NCBI GenBank assembly: GCA_010909165.1
Contig: MU008169.1
Span: forward strand, 682,001 to 746,000
DNA: 64,000 nt
From: Anthoceros angustus
Lineage: Eukaryota; Plantae; Anthocerotophyta
Direction: 5' to 3'
Positions 26,001-37,299 of this stretch are shown piece by piece (within the stretch, counting starts at the first letter, position 1; each line of letters starts with the position of its first letter). The notes beneath the pieces were generated by a model. The model made no database searches and was not told the origin of the DNA. It saw only the letters and a list, made by a program, of their open reading frames with translations. The position numbers were made by a program, and so were the translations under genes.

Positions 26001-26450
26001 CCGCCATCACCGCGTGCGATATTGTTTCAAGCCAAGCCCAAAATCAACAATCGTGGATCTTCTCACCAAAGTCCGGAGACTCGCAACACTCTCCACATCG
26101 AGTCTTGCCCCGGTGTTCCCACGGTGTAGCACATTCTCGATAGTATTCTGGGACCCGCCCACAACATCCGGAGGCCGACCTTGTCGCCGGCGTGGGGCGT
26201 TATCCGGTTTACGCCCAAATGCGCCCAGGTACATCTTCGCGATGCGCCGCCATGTGATCGAAGTCCGGATGGATGGTGCAGTCGCCTCGTGGTGGCACAG
26301 TGCCCTGCGTCACGGCGTCTGCGTCGAGCACCGGACATCCGGTTAAGCGTGCACGAGCTCCTCTTGTGCGATCCTCTCCGCCTGCATCGCATGCGGATCG
26401 TGAAAAGGTCCCCATCGGCAACCATATCCTCCGTTCCCCCTCCATATCTG
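23100..26450 (-). pseudogene. DUF7869/Sola-like DDE transposase of element X (fragmented)
   Basis: MDNTAQNKN (~24730-24760), KIKVGFLLVGHTHD plus IDQMFSRFS (~24610-24690), IAIDGMDQK (~24950-24985), upstream CCDKxCL/VCVRAF cysteine region. Confidence 0.8.
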
Positions 26451-27432
26451 GAACACGCACATCGTCATCGCTCTCCACCGTTGTGAAGTCTGCTTTCACC
26501 AGTGTCTCTTCAAGGACTATGCTGTCGACGCGGCCGCCATAGCCTGTGAATCATCCTCTAAAACTACGACGCGGGGTTGTGCAGGCATCTGTCCAGCGAG
26601 ATCAACAATTGAGTCGTCAGACTCATGGCCACCCGGTTCGGGAATGACATGCATCTGACCCGCCGGCAAATCGAACACGCCGCCGTCCTGCTGCGTTGGC
26701 CATTGCTCTCACACGGGCGGCGTGGCGTCCGGGGAGGAGGAGGGATGCGCAAGGTGGATGAGAAGTGGATGCGCAAGACTCGATACAATTCGCGGGCCGT
26801 GCGAAATAAGCCTTCGCACTAAATCGGCAATGAAGTCGAGTGCCCACTTCGGTAGGAAGCGGTACGGTCGCTAGTCGGTGGATCTTGAATCACTCTAGGT
26901 GCCCATCGTTATGCCACTGAACACTATTTTAGCGTGGCATAACTAGCATATACCTTAGAATATGCTCAAATTTGCATTTGCCACATTAGCCGGGACAATG
27001 GCAAAACACGGTCGCGACAAAGCATTTAAGGAGTTGCTTGATTACGAGCGCCTTGCCTGTCTTCCTTCATGGCCATGACCCCACCTTCCCTTTCGGATGG
27101 TATAGATTCATTCTCGCTTTGGCGGGAAGATGTGTATTTCCATCTAGCTTATGTGTGGGCGGAAAAGCAAGAGATTGCCGATTTGGAGAAAAGCAGGTCG
27201 TTCTCACATCACCCGCACTTTGTCCATCAGGCGGGCGGCTGCGAATGTCGAGACACGACCTCCTCATCGGCAGTCATTGCTCTCGAGGGTGCGGGGCTAG
27301 TCGTCTGTGAGCATCAACCCATCAACTCCCGCTTGCACCGAGGCATCCCGTGTTCGAGTTGCGGCTCATGCAGTGTCGACTTTTAACAATCTAAACACTT
27401 CGTGATCTCACTTCTTTCATAGTTGCATACGA

Positions 27433-28420
27433 ATGGCTCCTCAGAAGGGCTCGAGCGGAAGAATGACTCCAACAAATCGCAGGGCCTCGGTGGAGAAAAA
27501 AAGCGCGAGGAAGAGCAGACTCACGGGCCTTGAGCAGGCGAGCCCGGACCAGCCGGACTCCAAGGACAACTCAAAGCTGCGCCACGATGCGGGTCTTTCC
27601 ACAAGAGCATCCCGCCGACCAAGGCATCTTTCCAGTCCTTACAAGCGGTCCGATATTGACTTGATCCACGGATGTACAAGATGATCTCGCCATTTGACAT
27701 TACAAAGAGAAGTTGGACGATTACAACGACCCAATCAAGACTTGCTCTTCTTGTATGTGTCGATGGAGGATGATGCTAACCACGCCAAAAGAAATGTGCG
27801 GGGCGATTGTTTTCACGATCGATCATGAAGGATGAGCGGTGTACGTCATATTGCGATCGGCTCAAGCACAAGGAGCCTCTTAAATGCGGACCCGCAATGG
27901 ATTAGAGTATACATCTTTGCGGTGAAGAACTTTGACATTGTGGCGTGCCAACCGAGCGGAAAAGGCAAGAACTTTTGGAGGCATTGCGACACGGTGATGG
28001 ACATCGTGTCTTCCACAAGGCTTTGCACCAGCAATGTTTAGAAGGTGTGCGGGATGATGCATTGCTTACATCGAAAGGGCATCTTGCTTGCGAAGGCCCC
28101 TAGCATGGCATCTGCGCGAGTGGAAATCAAATGGCAACTCCTAGTGCCGGAATGGGATCGAGCAAATCCATGCACTGGCGAGGCGGTCGTTGGCAACCGC
28201 CAGCGATATGCATGATCTGCGCGTGAAAGCGCAACAAAAGGTGGTGGCACAAAATATAATTCCAGGGACACGTTTGACAACTAGTTTGCGAAATGGCTTC
28301 TTGGTAAGAGGGTTGCGAGCCACGCAGGGCGTCCGGTGCTTCGAGTCCAAGCAACAGGTCCTCCCACACTCCGAGCCGCGGGTTTTTCCTAGCCCTTGGC
28401 CGCTGCGATGATGTTGTTGC
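27433..28420 (+). pseudogene. unknown coding remnant in X, divergent from the transposase; possibly the 5' part of the ParB-MTase gene
   Basis: Basic low-complexity start (MAPQKGSS...SSPYK), interrupted at 28421 by copia C; equivalent position to 35630-36400 in element B. Confidence 0.3.
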
Positions 28421-28628
28421 GGTCACATGGACCGGGCACAGGATGTGAGAGACATATATTGGATTGATTAGCAATGAGAGAAGTGTACATGATGTACGTT
28501 CGGGGCTGTGCCCAAACGCTGCCTTTTTGTAACCGTTTGGTGATGCCTGTTCAGCTATAACGCTTGAGTTCTAAAAATATGTTAAAGAACTGAAACGTGC
28601 CCTAAGGGCAGATGCTACTACTTTAACA
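28421..28628 (-). repeat. 3' LTR of copia C
   Basis: gtcacatggaccgggcacagg...tgctactactttaaca, followed by the PPT. Confidence 0.85.
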
Positions 28629-28659
28629 CTCCCACTTAGCATCTAGTCCTTAGGCTATA

Positions 28660-29063
28660 TATAAAACTATGCTAAGTACTATAGCTGATTTCTGAGACTT
28701 TTCTTAGTCCCATATTTCTCATGTGTTCTTGATGCTTGACGGAGTTGAGTGCCTTCGTAAGCACGTCGGCCGTCATTTGTTCCGTCGGGCAATAAAGAAC
28801 TATGAACTTGCCTTCATCGACCACTTGCCTTATAAAATGGAATTGTACCTCCACGTGCTTTGTTCGTGCATGGAACTTTGATTATATGTGAGGCGATAGC
28901 ACTTTGATTGTCGCAATAAAGTGGCCTAGGGATCCTTTGTGTTTCACCTAACTCGAAAGTTGGAGGAGTTGCCAAAGTCCGTCTTACATGCGTGAGTTAG
29001 TGAGCAATATTGCCTCGTTGAGGGTGAGTCGACAACACTGCTTGCTACTCCAGCTTTTTTGTG
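28660..29063 (-). pseudogene. copia C RNase H (distal copy)
   Basis: HVEVQFHFIRQVVDEGKFIVLYCPTEQMTADVLTKAL. Confidence 0.85.
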
Positions 29064-30946
29064 GATCCCAGTGCGCTCAATTCATGGACCTTGAATCAAT
29101 TCCATGGACAATGGCCGACGGAAGAGGAGGAGGTGGGCGAGGAGCAGCTATGGAGGCGGAAAGACGTTCAATAAGGAGCCCATGGTGAACAACATGGTGC
29201 CGGGGTTCATATGTGTCGTTGAAGCGAGACCAACGAGGAAGCCGAGACCAAGGGTCATATGGCAAGTGGTGAAGCACCGCAGCGACAACTCAATGGTCCT
29301 TGGGGATGCGGAGCAAGTGAAGGAGGCGAAGAGCACCTCCTCCTGTGTGCCCGATGGTGGGGATGTAGGATTGGAAAACTTTGCTTCAGGATCGAGGTGT
29401 GTCGGACGGGATAGGCTACGTGTTTGTTTCGAGGATCGGTAGGAGGACCTGTGGGTCTTAAGCACGGACCCGGTGGTATCTCGCACTGGTAGAACGCATG
29501 CAAGCAAAGCTATGAACACAACAAACACATCAGTGGCAAGGTCCTGGAGCACTAGACAACGAACACGGCCGGTGGAGCACGCAAGCTAGGAAGCATGGGA
29601 GTGGTGACGATTCGGAGAATGTGTTCGAGATGATTGGCCGGGTGTATTGATGAGCGAGATCATGGGCGCCCGGCAATCAGGTATGGATTTCGAAACAACG
29701 GACCGATTTCAAAGAAGCGTGCGGGCGTCCATTCGCATAGCAGCGATCAATACAAATCGCCTAATCTCCTAGGGAAGACTATGTATGTTGTAAACCCACG
29801 AGATAAAAGGCGTATTTAAGATGACAATGGATGTCATGTGACAATCCAACTTAAACACAACGATGTTCAATCGCTTTCACATATAGCCGCACTAACACCG
29901 CCGGACACACATGTAGCAATATGACTTTCTCCAATTTTATCCTTGACCACCAAGTACACTGGACATGTCGTGCTTTTGCCCTCCACACCATTCACACCGC
30001 TCCAACCCCGTGAGTGGAATCCGTGTTGATCAACACGTTGCAAGGTCGCGAGTTTGCACCGCCAGCTCCCCTCAACCAAATTCCTTAAGGACCAAGCAAG
30101 CCGGGATCACTCCAGCGTGCTTGAAAGGAACCCCGCCCATGTTGTGATTGCCACCAGTCAACTTCCAATTTCCATCGCCCATGTGGAATTCGCTTTGAGT
30201 ACCGCCGAGAGGTGGGGTCTCCATCGCATGCAAATTCGAGGCAAGCCACTTCCAAACGATTCGCAGACGGGGTCGCGGCTCGCGGTGTGACATGAGCGGT
30301 AGGCACCAAATCTTCCTCCACTCCGACATTGGGGAGATGCAAGGTTTATGCACCAGGCGTCCGGTGCCACCACGACCCTCCCCACTAATGCAGAGCGGCG
30401 ACCATGAGGACACCGGCTCAACACTGGACTTTCCATTGCGCTGCTGTTTTGGTTGTCCATACAAATTGCCCGATTTTCAAATCGCTAGGCAATGTAATGT
30501 ACCGGTTAGCCAAACTAATATGAGATGGACATACAAACACGGAAAACAGATCCTCTATGATTTGCTCCTAGGGTTTTTTTTAATGAAATCAGAAAACATG
30601 GTTTTGGGTGGCTTTTGTGAACCTTTAGACGTGGTGCCACCCTTCCAACTAGTGACCAGGAGCCGCCACCACCCTAAGGAGACCTTGTTGTAGGAGGAAG
30701 CCACCTCAAACCTTATAAAATGGAATTGTACCTCCACGTGCTTTGTTCGTGCATGGAACTTTGATTATATGTGAGGCGATAGCACTTTGATTGTCGCAAT
30801 AAAGTGGCCTAGGGATCCTTTGTGTTTCACCTAACTCGAAAGTTGGAGGAGTTGCCAAAGTCCGTCTTACATGCGTGAGTTAGTGAGCAATATTGCCTCG
30901 TTGAGGGTGAGTCGACAACACTGCTTGCTACTCCAGCTTTTTTGTG
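28828..30946. repeat. 236-bp direct duplication (28828-29063 and 30711-30946) flanking an insertion
   Basis: ccttataaaatgg...ccagcttttttgtg appears identical by eye in both places. Confidence 0.9.
29064..30689 (-). mobile_element. right-end fragment of an X-family element with KDZ-like gene remnant and one TIR
   Basis: Homologous to 58740-60402; ends ccctaaggagaccttgtt at 30689, then 21 bp of filler. Confidence 0.85.
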
Positions 30947-32150
30947 CCTCCAAGTAGGTATACATAACTACTTGTACTCTTTCTATCATCAATATTCCGC
31001 CCATCGGCATCGCTAAAACCTTCTAGTTGTAGAGGCTCTTCTTGCTTGATATGTGATTGATAAGTAACCCTAAGTCCAAGGTTGCCCTTGGTATCGAAAT
31101 ACCTCTTGACCGCTTCCAATGAGCTTGAGTAGGAGGTGATAAAAATTGAGATAAAGCTCCCATTGGAGAGATCGGTCTAGTGCATACCATAAGATACATA
31201 AGACTACCTACGGCTGAAGAGTAAGGAGGAGGTAGCATCGGAGGTGTTATCCTGATGGTTCCTTGCTAAGTTTGAGGTTCATTTCCATAGGCGTAGAGAT
31301 AGGTTTAGCATCTAACATGTTAAACTTGGTTAAGATCTCTTGAATGTATTTGGATTGATGAATAAGAATACTTCTAGCATTTCTATCCCTTAGAACACGA
31401 ATGCCTAAACAAAAGGAAAGTTCTCTACAAGTGGTCATAGAGAAAGCGCTTAGCTAGCATAGATCGGTATTTTCTAATATTGCCTTAGTGTTAGACATAA
31501 GAACTATGTCGTACATATACTCCTAAAACAATGAATTGATTGATCTTTTGATATAGATGTTGCTATCCGAGTTTAGCTTGGTGAACCCTAGTTCCTTAAG
31601 GCTAACATCTAACTTATAATACCATTTCATGGCGCTTTGCTTGAGTCCATATAAGGACTTGAGTAATAAGCGGCATTGTATTTTCTCCTATCCTGCACAT
31701 GTATCCCTTGAGGAATCTCCATGTAAATAGTGTGGTCGAGATCTCCATATAAAAAAAGTCTTGATATCAAGTTGCATTAGCTCATAGTCATGGTGAGATG
31801 CTAAGGCTAAGAGGATCCTTAGTGAGGTTATTTTGAGTCAGGACTAAAGGTTTCATAGTCAAAACCATATTTTTATGAATATCCCTTAGCTACAAGTCTT
31901 GCTTTATACCTTTCTATACTTAACATTTAATTTGATCTTAAATGTCCATTTAGAGCCTACTAGTTTTCTATCCTTAGGTAGGGAAGTTAAAGTCCAAGTC
32001 TTGTTAGCTTCTAGGATTCTAGTTACGACACGATTGCTTGCTTCCGATGTTCTTTTGTGGGCGGTGATGGCCTCTGGTAGTTGGCGGAGCGATCTATAGG
32101 CGCATTAAGACAATATGCTATATTGCTCTTAGGATCCTGCCCGTTAGAAG
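30711..32150 (-). pseudogene. copia C reverse transcriptase / RNase H
   Basis: [58 protein letters not shown] region. Confidence 0.88.
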
Positions 32151-32430
32151 GAGAAACACCATAAATTATGAAGGGGGAATATACAAACCCCTTCAAGGAA
32201 AAATAACCCTTTGTGGAAAAGACACCATCCACAAATTGCGGGCTTGTTTGATCTGACCGTTAGTATGCATATCCTAGCAAAAAATGGCATCCCACGAAAC
32301 CCACATGGCCGGTGGCACCTTACTACAAAAATAGCAGTGTAACAACAAAATTTGAGAAAAGACCCATTGTTAATTTTAAGAGGGGTCGAAAACATCCGGA
32401 ACATGCGGGTTCTCGTAGCAAACCGCAAAA

Positions 32431-35200
32431 CTAAACACCAACACCGCTAAGTGCATAGGCGATTTTGCTAATCGGCGTCTGATGTTCTATCGCGAGGGAT
32501 TGTTTGAGAGTCCACCATTGCATCCACCGGGCCGAATCTTCTACAAGTGCCAAATTCGCATCGCTCCATCTCACTGCGTCAAAGCTATCATTCGCACCCA
32601 ACGCCTCATTGATGTCATTTTGGTGTGTCGATGTGGGGTCGCTTTGCCATCTGACATCAAAAGTCTGTCCATCCTCCATAAGTTCGCGGTTGTCGTCTTC
32701 AACCTCTTCGCACTCAATGCGACGACGGGCTTTCAAGCGTCTTTCTCGCTAATACATACCTCTTTGCCCGGCGAGATGGTCCCCTTGATGCGGCTCAAAA
32801 GTCAGCTCCTCGTCGCATCGGGCAAGACATCAACGCCGTATGTCTGGGCAATGTAACTGCGCATCTCAAGTCCGCCTCTATTGCATGTCTGATTGCGGCC
32901 ACACGAACGCAGCTAGTGTCGTAGTCCCAGCATGCATCAATAACCCGGTCTCCTCCAGAATGTCCTCACGAGTTTCATCATAAGACCCAATGGTCTGGTA
33001 TGGGCACACTACCAACTTGTCATGAGGCAGTAAACTTTGTTTGGACGATGGTGTCCAATAGATCTTCCATTGTTGAAGGTCCGTGCATCACATTTGGCAT
33101 CATGGCAGCCCTGTCCTTCGAACATCCATCTTTCACACCCCATCCAACTGTAACGTATTCCACAGTCTCAAATCCTCCTCTGTCGTTGTTCATGTTAGTC
33201 TTATCCCAAATGAATGACACCAAGCCGCCTTTGGCACACCACTTTCGCATAGCCTCCCTTACCGTATGGGCTTCTTCAACACCATGCATGACGATAATTC
33301 GGAAGTCGTCATTTTCCGTTTTCTCCTGGAAACTTTGGAACACAGCACCCATCATGGATAAATCCATTCGTTTGTCCATTGGCCCGATGTCAAATCCACG
33401 GGGAACATCCATGACTAGAAGGGTGTATTTCCTTCCCCTCAAAACCCACGCATGTCGAGCGTTGCGGGCTTCCACACAATCTTGGACTTTCGATCGGACA
33501 TTGAATATTAGTCCTTCTTGCAAGTCCTTGTCCGCCAAAGCCCTGCTCATTCTCTAAGCCCTTCCAATTATTGATCTCGAAAATGAAATGGAAGTCGTCG
33601 GGCAGCTTTGTCAAGACCTCCACGTCCTTGATTCTAAACCAAACAACTTTGTTAGAATGCGGCCGCTCAAGCACCTCACAACTAATAGCGGTGGAGGGCG
33701 CGGCGGCGCGCCCCGCATCACTGCGATAACCCCTTCAGGCGCCGGCGGCCCCCTCCCCGTGGTGGAGTAGCGGCAGGCGCCGGCGGCCGGCGCCGCTGCT
33801 CCGCTGGGCGAGGCCACGGGCGCCTGGCCGCGCCCTGCTGCGACGGTGACCGGTGGGTGGCGGCCGGCGGCGCCCAGCGGCGATGGCGCCGGCGGCCGGC
33901 GCCCCAACAATCGATGTGGCGCGCGCCGGACATGCGCGGGCGCCGGCAGCGCTGAGAATTAAAATGGAAAGAAGGTCAGGAAAATGGCTTACCTTTCCGC
34001 AAATGCCGTTTGGAATCGCGGCGCATTTCATCGATTGAGTCTTTGGGGATACTCTGCCGAACCTCTTCAAAAGAAGAACCAAGTGTTTAGCCATCGCCAC
34101 TTGAATAATATGGAATTTCTTCCGCGATATATTCATCCATTCCTTTCGGTCAATGAGACACGCCACACTTCTCTCTTGCGGTGATAAGTATCTGCTGCCC
34201 ACACTCCCCACTGGAATCCTTGAAATGATTTCCAAGGCTTTGCAAGCATATCTTTTGGCTTCACATAGCAGTGTCTATTTTGTTAGCCTCGTCGGTCACT
34301 TTTTCACCTTGCTCTTCTTGCTTGTCCTCTATCACATGCTTCTTCTACACTCGCAACTCCACCTTCCCACTTCGTAAATATCTTGTCTACATTTTCCCAT
34401 ACCCTACCCTCTTGTTTAGCGATGCATAAAATGTGGTCTGTTGTCAACCTTGTTACATTTATAAACATCATCTTGTGCTTCATCATCCTCAATAAGCCCC
34501 AACACCTTATACAAGTTGAATTTCCATGTCATGGTCATGCACACCCGTTTGCAATAATCAATTCATCACGCAAATACCTCTGCTCTATAAAATTCATCTT
34601 CCGGCTTGTCGACATTATTATTATAGTGCATGGCGAGGACTCGCATCTGTTTGAGACCACGGTACACATGAGCCTCCACATCGAAACCGCTTTTGCCGGA
34701 GAGATGTCTAAGATGCTTCATTGCCGCATAAGTGTGGTTTCCTCCTAGGACTCCCATGACATATTTTTGGCCGAATCTACGATCTAGTTTTTCCATGTCA
34801 TCACACTCCGCAGGATCAATCATACATAATAAAGGCGCCCTCTTCAATCCTCCCTTCGATATAACCAAATAATTGGGCTTCATCCACCCTCCGTGTATGC
34901 ATCGGGCGTCGGTGCGATGCGGCCGAAGGTTCTCCAATTTCACCAACCTGTTTCCAATACTACCTTCTTCGCATATCTTCTCGACCCGTGTCAAGGGTCT
35001 TCATCCGGATAGCTTCGCAATCCTCTGATACTGTTGTCACATGAGCGGTGGGAATGTCACCCACATTTTCCACCCTCTGCGGTTTGTTGCCTTTCCTCTT
35101 TGCTTTTGCTTTAGGATGGTCCTCTCTCCTTCCTCCTCGATCTTCTTGCAGATCCGCCTTCCTTTTCCCTTAGGCCCTTCCTCCTCTCTCAGCCCCTGTT
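32431..35200 (-). CDS. ParB-like domain + helical region + beta-class N6-adenine/N4-cytosine DNA methyltransferase-like domain (frameshifted as assembled)
   Basis: VLGGNHTYAAMKHL...AHVYRGL...LAMHYNN (34566-34994); KYTLLVMDVPRG (motif IV-like, 33398-33409); FIWDKTN...ETVEYVTVG; across frameshifts TRPLGLMMKLVRTF-GGDRVIDAC-GT-TTLAAF-GRN-IEAD (motif X-I, ~32880-32990). Confidence 0.78.
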
Positions 35201-35629
35201 AGTCACGGGGCGGCGGCGCCCCTCCTCCGCCTCATGCGATGGTGCCTGAGGCTGCTCCCTGGTGGTGTGAGGCGGCGGCCGGCGCCACGGTTCTCCCGCT
35301 TCCAAAACTGCGTCGCACCGACCTCGACTGGCCGGCCGGCCGGCCTCCTCCGGTGATCTGCAACCCCGGTGTTTCATAAGGCATGCATCCTGTCGTCTGT
35401 TGCGTCCGAATTTTCTTCATCCGAGTCCCGGATATCGGGCATTGGCCCATAGTCTTCATCCTCGGGCCAATTCGGTGCCCTCCTCTCGTTATCGCTCCTT
35501 CTCTTCCTCCTCGTCACGCACCTCGGCTCTTGCGCCGCGCCGCCCTCCCCTGTCGAGCAGTTGTTTGTGTGATTTCACACGTCACGATGAACGCATTCCC
35601 CATCACAGCCTGCGCAATGAACAATGCTC

Positions 35630-36400
35630 GATGTTAGAGACAACCGGTCGAAGCAAAAACATTGGAAGCGAAATTGGATCGAGTTGCGAATCTGATTGCT
35701 CCGCCTACATTCCGAAGCTCAAAAGCACGGCGGGTTCGCACTTCTTGATCACAAGATTGTTGAACGATCTCGAACGCTCTGTATAGCTCGGGACCCTGGC
35801 ACCGCATCAAATTCTTGGGGCCTTGTAATGCGAGCAAGCGTACTCTGAGATCCCCATTGGACATGTCCAATGTTGCCCACCACCCACCCTTGCCGTTGAT
35901 TCGGTGCATCCTTGTAACCCATAATCCACGGCTTGTATACGGCGTCAAAACATGCTCGTCTTACGGTTGCGGATCCACGAACAACCATCCAATCCTTGTC
36001 CAAGACCTTTGCATCCATCGAGCTCCAGTCGAATATGCTCTCCTCGGTGTATGGCGAAGGAATAGAGCCACCCTCTTCCCACCCTTCTCCACCTTCTCTC
36101 CATGGCCTCCCGATTTTGTTGTGGAAGCCTTGCCGAGCCCAGCTTCCGGACTTGAGTGGCCCGCTGCGGCTGCCCGCCTGGCTAGCATGTCCTCCCAAAG
36201 ACAAGGTCTTCCCAATCATCAGCGCCTTCTCGCCCTGTCTTTGCTTTCCGCTCACTCGTTTTCTTGTCCCAGCTCGGGGATCCGGATTCGGTCGATCCTT
36301 CTTGCTTTCGCCATCACCTTCATTTGACATAGGCCAATTCGGATGGGCCTTCCTTCTCTGTGTCAATGACCCCAATTCCACAACGCGTCAATGGATTCAC
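35630..36400 (-). pseudogene. unknown coding region upstream of, and co-oriented with, the ParB-MTase gene
   Basis: Overlapping minus-strand ORFs 35749-36381 and 35634-35948 with globular-looking peptide (SIFDWSSMDAKVLDKDWMVV...GGWWATLDM); family not recognised. Confidence 0.35.
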
Positions 36401-37299
36401 AAATCGGTGCAAACGGAAAGTGAAAACCACGAGGGCCGATCGGTCTTGCCCAATTTCTCCGCGTTCTGCCTCAAGGGTTAGAGATGGCGCTCGCACTCTC
36501 GCACCGCTCGAGAAGTCGGACCCGCTCAACTCGCCGCGCTGGGGAATTGCTCGCCGTTTGTGAGGGGGGTTGCGCTCACGCGGTTTTGTATGCCTAAACT
36601 TGCTTTTTAAGCGCCCGGCCGTAACTCGTTCACCTCTCCATGAATAATTACTTTAAGTTAGGGTTTCTGGTTGCTCCAACTGGCCGATGGTTCGAACCGG
36701 TGGTCACATTATTAACGCCGCCATGTTGTACCCTACAGTTAACGTCTACCGCTTTTCCCATTGCGTGTGGGTTTGTTTTAATTACAAACCATAATGACTT
36801 TCCGTTACTTGCCTCCACGCAAGCATTAGTAAGTTAACGGCGTTTTCTTCAACAATGGTTTTATATGGTTGGTGGTTATCAAAAACGGCCTCCGGAAGGC
36901 TTAGACATTTCAGTATCTTGTTAGAATGAACCTTGCCTTCTTTCAATTCCTCCACTTTTACCTCGGAAGGCGCCCAACAAAATGCTTCGCGCCACTCACT
37001 CCAGGGGGCAGCGATGTAAGCCTTGGCTTTCCGTCAATGTCGTCGTCGTGGATGCGTTCTTGCAAACATGTCCTCATTCCCTGTTTGATTGTGCGGCTTG
37101 ACTTTGCGGATGGTGAGGTCAATCCCAATATGAAGACATCTTCCGGAAAAGCAGCGGACGAGGAGAAGCGGGTGAATGCCCCAGCGTCATAGGTCGGCGA
37201 GACATCTCCAGTTCTCCTGCGCCACTACGGGTCTGAAGGTTTGTTTCATCACCGGATTCTAATGGAGGTTGACTTTGTGAATTTTATCCTCTACTAAGC

